Source: Phoronis australis
Lineage: Eukaryota; Animalia; Phoronida
NCBI GenBank assembly: GCA_002633005.1
Contig: NMRA01000829.1
Span: forward strand, 62,001-126,000
Reading direction: 5' to 3'
Length of the DNA stretch: 64,000 nucleotides
Shown here piece by piece: positions 1-12,600 of this stretch. Position 1 is the first letter of the stretch, and each line of letters opens with the position of its first letter. The position numbers and the translations under genes were made by a program. A model generated the notes under the pieces. It was not told the DNA's origin. It searched no databases and saw only the letters and a list, made by a program, of their open reading frames with translations.

Positions 1-5
1 CGTAA

Positions 6-853
6 GACCACAAACTGTCGCTAATACACAAACTGTCGTCATCTTCAAATTGTGACAGTTTGTGCAGACTTTCGAAGAACAAACTCGTTGTTTTTGTGAC
101 ATATTGGAGTTCTTATTGCAATATTAGTATCACCCCGTTGCAACTGCACGAGTAGATCTAAATGCAGCGCCTACCATTGTTTGTGTCCTACGTCAGTTAC
201 AATGGTCACTTCATCGTCCTTGCATCGAAATAATCCTCGCCAACATCGTAGTTTTCACCAATCTGTCAGTCTTGGCACACTGGTCCTGTGTCGCAGTTAT
301 CCTTCTCACCCCCGTAGCCATTAAATTGTCTACAATTCCATTGTCTACAACTCCATTGTCTAATTCCATTGTCTACAATTCCATTGTCTGCAATTCCATT
401 GTCTACAATTCCATTGTCTACAATTGCATTGTCTACAATTCCATTGTCTACAATTCCATTGTCTATAATTCCATTGTCTGCAATTACATTTTCTGCAATC
501 TCGTGGCTCGTGGAGGACACCAATCTTTCCCTTTGGTCGCTTCAAGTTTCCCCACACCACCGGTCGTCACGGAACATTTTCAAAGGGACAGCACCATACA
601 TCACCCAAACCTGAGAAGACCTCTATAACCCTCCAAAGCGACGAATTGCGTCAGCTTTGATTCTAATGCTACATTTGACCTTCAAAGGTCAGCACAAACC
701 CTCGCAATTTAAGGGCTAAATCAGTTTGTGCAACCTCACAAACTACAAACGATGGCAAAGAAATATTATATTACAGCTTGTGCTTCCAAGGTCTGAAAAA
801 CTGTCGTAATTTGGCAATTACTACAGTTAGTGCTGTAGCGACAGTTTGTGGTC
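6..853. mobile_element. ~850-bp element bounded by an 18-bp perfect inverted repeat (MITE/foldback-like)
   Basis: GACCACAAACTGTCGCTA (6-23) versus TAGCGACAGTTTGTGGTC (836-853); subterminal hairpins at ~27-65 and ~799-828; no TSD evident, and the left flank is at the window edge. Confidence 0.6.
325..499. repeat. 15-bp minisatellite (CAATTCCATTGTCTA)n, ~11-12 copies
   Basis: Seen directly; explains the repetitive ORFs at 266-628. Confidence 0.95.
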
Positions 854-2215
854 CAGCTGAGCCGTCAGTGTCGATATCTGGTGCTCCCGGGCCCTGCTGG
901 TATCAGTCTGCCAATGGAACTGTGTCAAAAAAGTAAGCGTATATTTGTAAGACCTACATTTTCTTCTTTTCTTAACTCTAAGTAAGATTGTTCAACTTGA
1001 CATTCGTCAACTGTGACACTGCTCAACTGCGTTACCTAAAATGTTTTGCATAAAAATCCGGGAGGACGGTAGTCCCTGGGATTGTACCACGCTGCAGTTC
1101 ACAATAGACGGAGAAGAGTTACCAGGCATACTGTCATCATTTTGCTGAAAAAAAAAACATTTTCTTCAATTTACATTAATGAAATATTTGGCTTGTGAAA
1201 CTGGTAGGTTTATATTGACGTAGCCTTGCACATAAAGTTGACGCTAGTCCTTGTCTAGCTGGATGACAAATTTTGACATCAATCTGGCGTCATTGGATAT
1301 CTTGTACTAAAATAATGAAGCCATTTCAAAAGAATAGAATGGAATAGAATAGAATAAACGAGAATAGAAAAAATATTTTATACCGGAAACGGGTACAAAC
1401 AATAAACCTTAACAGAGATGCTAGTTTCCGATACAAATAGCAGGAATGTGTACAATGGAAGCGAAGTAAACTATATGACGTACAGATCGATGGTATAAAA
1501 TAAAAACGAGAAAAGTACCAACTCAGATACAACTGCCAAAGTTTATAAACTTACAGGAATCACAATTATTGCCCTCACACTCACACAAACTTTCGAAATG
1601 TTTCCACGAGGTCAAATTCCTCAAGACTCGAAACTGCTGGCAGATAACGAGGAAGGGTGTTCCATATTTTGACTCCTTGACAAATTAAGTCATTGTAACC
1701 ATACCTTTTTATATTGTCAGTCATAATTGTGAATCACAAGTGGATATTTTGTGCTCACCTGCTACCAATATCATCTTGGTGAATTAAAACTTTCTGAACG
1801 TGATCCGTGTGAAGCGTTTTGTCACCTTTTTTACAAATACGTGACAAAGCTCGTGAAAGTATAATATTTATTTTACAAATAATATTGCTCACTTTTCTCA
1901 CTGCATGGTCATGTATAGTCTGTGTTCCAGTCAAGTGTACTATTCCCGGGCGGTCGTCGCGGTACAACGCCATGTTAGCTCCAAAATTCTATTAGTCACA
2001 AATTATTCTGAGGATCACAGATCTGAAGCTTTTAATTGGTCAAATATGCTAGTTTAAAGGACAGGTTTTGACCGTCATTTGCTGCCGGGAATGGGGAAAA
2101 GGAGACCTTTTCGAGCACGACTGCCGCCAGCCCTCTCCTCCAGTTAGTCTTTTTGGCCTAATGCAAAAGTCCTAGTTTTATGATTTGAATTGCTTTTTGG
2201 CGTTACTCATGTATC

Positions 2216-2703
2216 TGTAGGGAATTTCTCTCGTCTAGTGCATTTTGCACGCGTTGTTAGTATCTTGTTGCCAATTTCCCAACATTTTTGTTTTTCTTAG
2301 TTCCTATTTGTCAGTATTTGGTATTTATTATACTATTTTGTGCATCAAAAGCCTAACATTACTTTAGACCGTCCTCGAAGTACTTTTGCTACTCCTATCC
2401 CTACTTCCTCACCTGTCTGAGATGAGTAAGCATAGGCGGATTTAGGGGGGGGCCCAGGGGGCCCGGGCCCCCCCCCCCCCNTGTAGGGAATTTCTCTCGT
2501 CTAGTGCATTTTGCACGCGTTGTTAGTATCTTGTTGCCAATTTCCCAACATTTTTGTTTTTCTTAGTTCCTATTTGTCAGTATTTGGTATTTGGTATTTA
2601 TTATACTATTTTGTGCATCAAAAGCCTAACATTACTTTAGACCGTCCTCGAAGTATTTTTGCTACTCCTATCCCTACTTCCTCACCTGTCTAAGATGAGT
2701 AAG
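2216..2703. repeat. ~215-bp direct duplication flanking a single-N gap (probable haplotype overlap)
   Basis: 2216-2430 repeated at 2482-2703 with two substitutions and a 7-bp indel; N at 2481. Confidence 0.85.
2431..2480 (+). mobile_element. Left end of a GC-rich MITE (CATAGGCGGATTTAGGGGG...), truncated by the gap
   Basis: The same terminus occurs inverted at ~61420-61452. Confidence 0.65.
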
Positions 2704-4399
2704 TAAGTCTGTAAAGTATTTTAGACGTTTAATTGTCTAATTCGTTCAATTTTGTTGCAAAATAAATCGTTTTTATAGTTAAAGAAATTCTCATGTCATA
2801 TTGTAAAAAATTGAGTCGCTTGCTGATTGTACGGACCGTGGGAATTATAAACTTGATTTTGATTTACGCCTAACCTACAATAACATCAAATTGTAAATAT
2901 GTTGTGTGTAATACTGCTAATTTATTGTTCACATTAGACATCTTGTACGTTTGCAAGTTTTATTTAACACATATAGCGCAAAATTTCATGAGTTGGACCC
3001 TTGGTAACTAACGAATCTCTCGATAATTGAACGCATTTTCCCGTATGCTGCTACCATGGCTGGCTGCTGAGCAAAGCTTCGAAAAGCGGGACACTCTCGC
3101 CAAAAGCGGATTAGTTGGCAAGCATGCACTGATAGCATTAATCGGTTTTCACACTCAATCCCCATGAATCCATCACACAATAATTAATAATAAATGGATT
3201 TCTTTCCTTTCACGAGAATATATTTTCACCTTTATTCAAAAAATTTGGAACAGATTCGAGTTGATTTCTTATTGTTACCGTCTTCGGCCGTAAACACGAA
3301 CGCCAACCTGCATCTGACTTGGTCGCCGCGCCCTCGTCTGGGCAAAGACATTATAGTTGCAGTATCTTTGGCCTGAGCGAAACCGTCGAATGTGTCCCCA
3401 ATGCATTCAGCTAATGATTTGATTTCGTTGTAAAAATGCTTTCGTTATTTCTAGTAAATTTATACAAATGAATCTAAAAATAAACATTGTTTAGCGGCCA
3501 GATGGATGAAATAATTTTTGAGGTGCCTGTTTTGGCACTAAAGCGTCCTTTCCAGCTGCCCATGAACTTTCGATTGGTTTAAGAAAGTATATGGACTATA
3601 AACACAATCTCGAGTCTAATAGGTGAACGCACTCGTTTTTATGTAGTACTCCGTGGTTAGGAGTTTTTTAGGGTTTGGTGGACCCAACCCAGAGTGTGTC
3701 TCGTTTCAGTCTAAGAGGTCATTTAGTGATCAGTAATTCTACTGATCATGTGGAATTGGTTTTGTGGTAGAATGAATGTTTGAGCTCAGTTTTGGAGTAC
3801 CGTTCCATTTGCAGAGTGCGTTTGTCCGCCATGAATCACTCAGTGCTTACTGTGGCTCGATTATTCATTTTAAATTAGTTTTTTCCGGAACCTCAAACAT
3901 CTACGTACAATCTAGCTCATATGTTGGCCCTTCACAAGGTTCTCAAGAGAGGCATCCATTTCTCTGTATACTGGGGTGCATTCCAAGAACTGCTGTGGTG
4001 AGATGCCGGTACCTCATTCATGTATGCTAAGTCAGTGGCCTGGACTACCGGTCTGAACACACAGAAGTCCATGCAGTTCCTTCGTGTGTGAAATAATGTT
4101 GAAAATGACTTTTTTAACCAAAGGAATACAAAGTAAAGCGGAGATGGCGCCAATTAAAAATGCTGTCGGTATGAAATTTTAGGTGCAAAGAGGAAAATCT
4201 TAATTCCCAAATTGTGATTGCCTGCTCCACTCCCTCACCACCCCTTTACTGAATTCTGTATACACCAGTGTCATGGGTCGGTTACTCCAGCTTGCCTCTC
4301 AGTTTTAATGTGGGTTGAGCGTAATTAGTTGAGGGCACTTATTGTCACTTTGCACGTGAGGATCAAAAAAAAATAAAACAAATAGCCGTTGCTGTTTTC

Positions 4400-4588
4400 T
4401 ACGGTGGCTCAATGCAGACATTGAAACAAATAACATTACGAAAAATCACTTTTCTCCGAGGAAAAAAGCTTTCCGCCGAAATCTCCGCGATGGAAAGGTT
4501 TTCTACGCGGCGGAAATATTATCTCCGTGGAGAAAAATTATTTTTATTCGTAGTGTTATTTTTTCAATGTCAGTAATCAGCTACCGAA
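4400..4588. mobile_element. Non-autonomous DNA transposon (IS3EU-like MITE) with ~65-bp TIRs and 6-bp TSD
   Basis: TACGGTGGCTCAATGCAGACATTGAAAC... versus ...TTCAATGTCAGTAATCAGCTACCGAA; GTTTTC duplicated at 4394-4399 and 4589-4594; TAYGG ends with a 6-bp TSD match my recollection of IS3EU. Confidence 0.75.
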
Positions 4589-4615
4589 GTTTTCGAAAAA
4601 AATCGTTCCTTCCTG

Positions 4616-4715
4616 GTAATGCCTTCCTGCCAATAGGTAGTTGGGTGCAGTAATGCCTTGCTGCCACTAGGTGCTTGGGTGCAGTAATGCCTTGATGCCA
4701 CTAAGTAGTTGGGTG
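4616..4715. repeat. 34-bp tandem repeat, 3 copies
   Basis: GTAATGCCTT(G/C/A)CTGCCA(C/A)TAGGTAGTTGGGTGCA starting at 4616, 4650 and 4684. Confidence 0.85.
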
Positions 4716-6250
4716 GAATAACGGTTTGTGCGAGTCTTCAGAATATAGGTTATGTTTCTCATGAAAATGGTCAACGAAGAAACCAGAAGCGACCGCTGGG
4801 GATCAAGAACGCTTACCCCTCGAGTCCAACGCACTCGTGCACGTGAGGCCCTGGGATTTCTTGCACATGTTGGCTGCGACTTACGTTGCCGGTTCATTAG
4901 GCAAGAATTCGAAGTCGGATAAGAATGGGAATATTTTTAAACACCATAGCGCATCCATTAAGAATTCTGTCGACAGAGTTACTAAGTCTATCGATACATT
5001 TAATAGGTCTGTCGGTAGAGATAGTGCGTCTGTCGATAGAGTTTGTAAGTGTATCTCGAGAGTTTGTGCAGTTGCTACAATCTATGGTGTAACGTGGCAC
5101 TTATATAGATGCACCCGCATAAGTGCATTTAGCGGAGTAAGGCTTACCCTGGGGCATATGTTTCGAAACGATAATTAGGGAGAAGCATCTGGTAACACAT
5201 CAACCTTCACATGAAGACGGTACAAGAGACAGACAGAAACAAGAAAATAACGTTTCGCATGTAAATTCGAGACGAAATTTTGCTTAATCTAGGAACCACT
5301 ACTGGTTCATAAGCTCAGCTAAAAACAAAAATTCGTTGGATTTCCATTGTGGCTTCTGAAATGGGTTTTGGGTCCCTAGTTCCATTTTCAAGAGAATTAT
5401 AGAGAAGTATATACACATATTATAGCAATTTTATTACGCAAGGTGTAGACCATTAAACATTTGTTTTGCATGATAGTAAATACTGCTGACGGTCACCAAA
5501 TTATAAAATGACAACACGAATACCAACGCCTGGTCCTCCCCTTGACTGAACAACTTTCGCAAACTAATGTAAAATATGGACTGTACTCGGCTCATCTAAA
5601 CGAGCTGGAAACCGATGAAGCATCAACGAACATAACCTACACATGCACTGAGTTCACGTCATGTAGACGATTCAGCAGTTCAGCAGAAGCGAGAATCTCG
5701 TAAAAACGCAAGATCACGTAAAATTTCACGAGATACCTACATGCATCGCACGCGAACCACGTGATAACACTATCTTCTTTCGTGAGATTCTTGAGTCAAT
5801 GGATCTCATCTCATATTCCAGTGTCTAATATTGGCTTGGCGACTGAAACATTAATGAACTTTATCGAAAAAACGACCTTTCAGTTTTCTCAAGCTTATAA
5901 ATAATCTGAGTATGGAAACATCTGAGTCCGGTTTTATAACAGAACTTGTTCCGAATTAAAAGTCAATTATAGTCCCTGACGGAGGGCACAGGTTTACTGC
6001 CCGCTTGGTTAATGCCCTTACCTAATTTTCGAACAGATTTGTAAGTTTGCTCAAAGTGTGTTATCGCATTGTTCAATTTTGAAGTCGAGTTTGGAATTCA
6101 AACGTTTAAGAACTCGGGCCCAGGAGTTTCCATTGCTTTGCAATTGTACAGTGTCCTCAAAGCTTGCAAGCAGGATATTACTTTCCGTCCTCTCACTAAC
6201 AGTATCTTGACTGCAATGTTGCGAAGTGACAATTATAGTCATCATGTTGT

Positions 6251-6693
6251 TCAAACCACAGTGGTGGTGAAGTGTGTAGTATCTTTGATAGGCGAGAGGA
6301 CTTGTCCGGCCCTGCTATCGGTTTCGTTTGTCACTAGGGTATGAGTCTGGGCTAATGGAGACGATGGAGCGTTTGTCGGGCTCACCGCAACATCTGTTCC
6401 CTCTGCGGATTGAGCTTGTGAAAAGGAGGATGTCACTTGTGTTTTTGTCTCTGACTGATGGACAACACCTTGAGCTATGCTTGAACTTGGGCTTCCACGC
6501 TGGACCAATTGCAAGACTTCGGACGTATTTGCTCTGTCCGGCGATATTGAAATGCCGAATACGGTTTCGTTGTCCTGTAAAAATTGTTGGTTCTGGTCAC
6601 AGTTTTCTTTCGAAGGTTTATATTTCCACACAGAGAACCGAGCCACAATAGCCAAAAGAAGCAACTCGAATATGAGACACAAGTGATGGATAT
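6251..6693 (-). CDS. OST-alpha-like terminal exon (last TM plus long S/T-rich tail)
   Basis: Within ORF 6251-6790; acceptor gcattacag; IHHLCLIFELLLLAIVARF...HFTTTVV followed by stop. Confidence 0.82.
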
Positions 6694-9600
6694 CTGTAAT
6701 GCATACAAGAGACATTGGATTAGTCGTGATCATAGAGTAACACTTAGTACGAAGAAACTGTATGGAGGCGGGCACCTGACGCACCGGCACAAAATAGTCA
6801 ATGATATCGTGTCCCCCCTACTGCACCGGGTTTTTCATGGAAGTGTGCGACTGTGGCCCGTCCTTGCTTAAGCCCAAGTCACGTTATCTATCATGGTCTG
6901 TATCCAGTGTAAGTTACGGTGCCGGAAATTGGAATCACTTTTGTTGAGTGTGACCGCCAATCGTGGCCAAGCTGAAGGTCGAGCCGAGAGCATGTGTTTT
7001 TTTAAACTACAACAAATCCTCCGAATTGTGGAACTAGAAAGCATGTGTACATTATTTAACCGTGAGTGCCATCTTTGAATGATGCACGCCTCTGCCAATG
7101 TCTTTGGTTTGTGCGTGTTAAGTTTTAACAACTAGTCAGGTCCAACCCGTTGCCACTGGTTATTCTGTCCTCTGATCGGCTAAAATGCGGTACGACCATC
7201 CTGGTGGTGGAATATTTTTTTTCATTCATGTAGTCTGGACGTCAGGTGTCGCTATTCGCGATCAGTCCAGTCAGATGCTGTAAGCCAAAAACCCTGACAA
7301 CGAAGCGAGCAGACAAAAATTATCAGTACCTCAAAACACGCATGCAGAAACCAATCTAATAAGAGGAAAGAAGAATTAATGGTCGCAACTAAACAAATAT
7401 AGACCCATCCCTATGGTGATATCAGGTTACAAGGAGCGAGGGAGAGCGATGTTGCCTGAGGTCTTCGTTCCCCTTTTCGTTTAATTTTGACCAACGGAAG
7501 CCAGTGCCATCCCCACGTTACTGCTCATAGCATTGTGATTCTAGCCTTACATTTGGCTGGTCACGCCTTGCACCTTTAATGAGTGTTGAGTTCTACTTAT
7601 CTCCCTAGCCAGCAGGAAACCCTCGCTGACCAAAGTCATTATTAATACACGCACACTACTGCTACTTTAAGGGCATAAATGCTTTGCAGCTTGATGAAAA
7701 TCATCTCATCATTTCCTTGGCCTGCTGTTGCATGTAATCGCATAAATTTCGACTATCCATAAACGTTTCAAAAAGTGCTGTATTCTGTATTTAATGATTT
7801 TTCCTACCTAAGCTGCCACGTATAGTAATGAACGGTGTGCGACTTACGTGATCCTCTTCCATAGGACCCGATGAGTAAGGCTGGATTACATCCGATAACA
7901 TCGGACGCGGCAAGTACGCGAATGAAAATGAGCTGAAGGTCGCAGCAGAGAATAATGGGATATAGTAGGAGTAGTTTCTCGTCTGTCTTGTACAGTTTGC
8001 GAACCTCTGTAGGAAACATGCGATTGGCGGTGGATACACCCAACATTCCAAAAAGCTTGGATATCAAGAGCACGGTATGCAGTGGCGTTACTATGGCAAC
8101 TCGATGCTGAAATGTCCCAAATAGAGCCCAATTCAAAATGCATAACAAGATGTCCACAAGAAAATAAGCTGGTAATAGAATGATCAAGAGGGGCGGGATG
8201 CAACTAGTTTTTCTCACAAATAACTGTGGGGGACAACATTCGCGCAACGCTCACACTGGACCGACAATTCAGTAAACAATGCCACTTCAAGCCTCCGGCG
8301 CTAGCCAAGTCTACATCGCTACTCAACATCGAGAATGAACTTAATTTGTTCTGATATTAAAATGAAACTCTACACATTCTATTTAGACACGTGTCGTGTA
8401 GTCGAAAGCGGCGCTCAGTGAGTATTCCTTCAACACGCGATGAATTCCATTTGGTTGCAGGCTGACAGTTACCAATTAAAACGAAAACATGCTCCACGAA
8501 CCCTAGAAACCAGTAAGAGCTGGTACATGGAACGAGCACAAAGAAGCAAAACCGTCGTTGGGTGACACTTACGTCTCCTTCGACTATCCCGTCCGCCTCT
8601 AACACTTCAAGCGTAACAAGTAATATGCCATGGATCAACGGTGACTGAACGACAAGAATCCGAAGTCCCCAAATTTGAACTCTGTAATTTACGTAGGAAT
8701 AGTAGTATCGCAGTTATATGGAATATGCCCAGGGGTGCGTTCCTTAGAGCAAATTTCTTGGGAGTTTGGTAAGATCGCGCAAAACCACACAAAATCAGGC
8801 GAGTGCTTCGCGGGCACACTTGCTCGAGACCCTACTGGACCAAATTATGTAGAAAACTCACGGTTTTCGTTCAATAACTGAAGATTTCTTTCCCCACGTA
8901 TCTCACCAGTTCTTTGCGTTAACGGAACGCAGCCTTTTATATCTTTTTCCAGCAACTGGAGTTGGCAGAGCCCCAAAGTATCGATATGTGTGAATTTAAA
9001 CGTTAATTTAACTTGCTTTAGTACTGGAGGCCTTCGTGTGGCAGAAAAATTAAGCCTATCATAGATTGTTGCGTAAAGGTATTTTCCCCTTTAATTCAAC
9101 ACTTAAGAACACTGGGTGAATTTCGTCAGTCGAAAGACATCACTAAAGTTCTGAACTGCAATATTTCGTAATGGTCAGCCCTTTTTGTTTTTGTCTTCGT
9201 GTACTAGTATTAAAGATTTGTGGGCATTTTCCCGAGGAAACTTTATCACGTATGGCGGCTGTTAAATAAGTGTCCAATGCATCATTGAGCTGTCATTCAT
9301 AACGGCGGCGGTAGTGCAACGCCAAAAATAAAAATCAAACCGAAGAATTCATATCAAATTCAATTGAGTTTGATTATGTTTCAAATAGTGTTGAATGAGC
9401 ATTACTTGGGCTTAAGTTTCGACTGAACTAGCTTGCGTCAAAATCCGTTTTATGACGTTTTTAACTAAACTGAAGTCTTAAGAGTGTTTTTGAGATGTAC
9501 GCAATAGTTGATGTTTGCGATTTCTGCGACTCCGACTTAGGGATACCTATAACACACAACCGCGCCTGGCGGTACTTTTCAAGTCGTTTTTGATGTTCTA

Positions 9601-12600
9601 AAAATTTACTCAAATCGCTATTAAACTGGTTACAAAAACATATGTGAAAACATATTTGATTGAAAGTAGGAGTTATGCAAAAAACAGAACCAAGCTTCAG
9701 GCATTTAAGTGGCATAGAGTGCGAGTAACAGGCCAAATAGCATTATTCAAGGTGGTTCTCTTACACTGAAACAGAAGTCAAACTGTTCACCAGGTTTCTT
9801 AAGGTTTCGTCGTAAAAATATTGAATTTCTGTTGAAGTCGAAGCATTTTTCCTTTAGTTTCAAATTTCAAAAAACGACCTGCCTGTCGCGTCTCCGTATT
9901 TGATATGGCAAGACAGACGTAGCACCTTTCCCTTACATGGAAAATGTGACCTTTGACCTTTGATGTAACCGAAATAATGGCGATTTCAAGCAGCAACCAG
10001 ACTGACTGCATAGAGAGCACGAGGAGTTTCCAATATTCAAAATGTATAACCCTCACGTTAGCGTCGACACTGTTTACAGGGTATTTTTACGAGTTTTCGA
10101 GTTCCATGCTTCTTTAAGGTTTTTCCAGGGCGTTCCGTAGACCTAGGTTCTTGAGAGAAAATCAAGATCTCGCAAGACCTTACAAAATCACGCGAGCGAA
10201 ACGTGAGGGTTTCTCGAGTGTGTTCAGGAGTTTAATAGTCTATCCTAGCAAAGTGTCTGCCACTGAAACTATTAGTCTTCGAGGTTGGAGTGTTGCATTG
10301 GGGGATTAAGATAACTGTTTCCGTTCCGTGAAAGCAAGCTAACGTGTCTCCTCTTGCAATCTACGGAACGCAACATAGCTATGTTCTTCATCACTGTCGA
10401 CTCTGCTGAGCTGAATGTATAGTGAATGGAATAGAAAAAAAAACACTTAAAGGGAAATTTTCGGTGAGAAAGCAAGTCTACAGAAGTTATAAATAGCGCA
10501 ACTGAATCAAATCCACAAACTCCGCAGTTACCTGCCAAACGCTCTGCCGCTGAGTCAAAACCCGACTCGTTACATGGCAGATTATTTTAAATGCGGTTTT
10601 TGGTAAGGACACCGGCCTTGTTTTCAGTAAATGTTTGACAGACAAAATAGATATGAAATAAAATCACATAGACAATAACTTCAAGAGGTCTCTCTCATCC
10701 AACAATAACTTCAAAAATGCGTTTTTTCGGCCGTAAAACCAACAATATCCCTTTACACCTCACCTCTGTTTTCCAATGAAACGTAAGCTCCTCAGCCTGG
10801 GGTAAAGCTTATCGATACTGGCCACGGAGCTCATCGTCATTTTCCAACAACTTCTGTCGGCCAAATAAGAGCGCAAGAAGAGACGGAGTAACTGATGCTG
10901 ACATACAGACACATAACTGGAATAGCCATGTAAAAATGAGCAGACGATTTTATATCACAGTAAAAGAATAATGTACCCCGTAAGTACCGCCGGTAGTGAG
11001 CAGCGCCTGTGTTTAACTAACCATCTTAGCGTTTGTTTTGGCAAAACGAGAAAAGAGTCGGAAATGGCTGTAGTCGACAACCACAAATATGAATCACGTA
11101 CATGATGAAGCTGTGCTGGTTGCTGGCCTATGGCGGTGACAGTTCACACCTACGGGCGACACCACCTTCGTGAGCGAGTCATTACAGTGGTTGCAGCTTG
11201 CGTTTCAAAAAAGCACTCCTACTAGGTGGAGACGGAGCAGAGAGGGAAATACCGACTTACGGCACCTATGTTTAGCAAGCACCTTCTGCGTGCATGCCCA
11301 TTTAGCAACGCAAAGGTAACAAATGTTTGACGTACACATTATATTTTTTACCTCTCAAGCTGTAATGCTTTCTAGCGCTTTCTGGGCTTAACTATCATTA
11401 TTGTGCTTTGTATTTTTCGTAATAAACACTAAAAAACCAGTGGCGTGAACGGGCAACGCTGCAGTCTTGACACAACAAGCGAACTCCAACGGATCTTGTT
11501 ACCAACTGGAAATCGGTGAAGTGGGACTCTTTATACACTTCCGGAACTCACAATGCTTGCATCCGGGTACCCAACAGCTATCAGACATACTGAATAAGAC
11601 TCAGAGAAAGGCAAGTAACTTGTTACAAGCTGTCGAATGTCGAATATTATGGCGGATTCAACGTGCATATAAGCAAAGATGGCGAGGAATGTGGTTTGGG
11701 TCACGGTTATTTACGGAGTGACCCATGCATAATTAATAACAACCCGGGGAGCTTAATTATATTACACTGAAAATTTTTCTAAGAGTTACCACAAAACGAC
11801 ATTTCTAAAAAGAAAAAAACTCTTGCCTTCCCCTTTAAGTAGAACTTGCCCGCTAATTCCTTATCTCTGTAATTGTTTGATCAAATTAGTTAAAAACACA
11901 ACATATAGCAACGATGCGAATATAAAGTACATTGAAAATTTCCAAACGTTTTTAAGAACGAGTTTTGTGTCAAAAATGATCCGCCGTTAATCAACTGTGT
12001 CCAGTAAGTATGGTGACGTCATGTTGGAGAATAGCGCTGCATGGTTGGGGCTATATGAGCCCTCACGGTATGACGTCATTAGTGCGATGGACACTTATTT
12101 GCAGATTTTTTTGTTTGCACATTTACAAGTTGTCAATGAATACAACTGCCATTTAGCGTAAATTATGCTCAAATAGTTCGTGCTATACATTGACATAGTT
12201 AGGAGCATGCAAATACATCTTTAAGGGAAACAGATCAATCTGGAACACGTAAGCCTGCTCGATATGTTATTACAGCACTTATTGTGTGCAATATCTATGT
12301 AACAATCGTTACGCTGGTCATTGCCTCTGCATCTCTGACTCTATCGAGACTAGCATTTTACTTACAAAGACACCAAGTGGTCCAAACTATCCGCCGCCCT
12401 CGGTACCAGCATGGCCACAAATGAACACAAGGCAACTACCTACAACATGAAAATACCAAAGAGTTGAAATGCGTGTGTTTAGTTAAAGTAAAAAAATGAG
12501 GTTGATATGAACGCTGTCTTCAGCCAGCGTTTTGGGAGGAATAAATCCAGCTTCTCATCGAAACTGCGGCTCGACATTTTCGGGATGTTGCTAAAATCGA

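Noticed and set aside
266-628. Overlapping repetitive ORFs (GIVDN / STIPL / WNCRQ repeats), superficially pentapeptide-repeat proteins
   Set aside because: By-products of a 15-bp minisatellite inside a TIR element; no splice or homology support.
857-932. Possible plus-strand exon (EPSVSISGAPGPCWYQSANGTVSK) with a GTAAGC donor
   Set aside because: Isolated, no partner exons or homology recognised; the acceptor abuts a transposon end.
1755-1973. Minus ORF with good start context and a GTGAGC donor (MALYRDDRPG...)
   Set aside because: No recognisable domain and no downstream exon could be linked within the window.
6051-6254. ORF after the OST-alpha-like stop, considered as a death-domain remnant
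   Set aside because: Different frame and no convincing motif; most likely 3' UTR.
7900-8050. Plus-strand similarity to a Tc1 transposase C-terminus (ELKVAAE...GGYTQH), and an SLC22-like FPTEVR on the minus strand
   Set aside because: The region is explained by the open OST-alpha-like exon; both resemblances are short and wrongly spaced.
8225-8275. IVGPV*ALRECCPP upstream of the OST-alpha-like exon, as a poly-Cys motif or selenocysteine readthrough
   Set aside because: The frame has several further stops (TAA, TAG, TGA) upstream, no fitting acceptor, and no SECIS identified; probably intronic coincidence, though RNA-seq should confirm.
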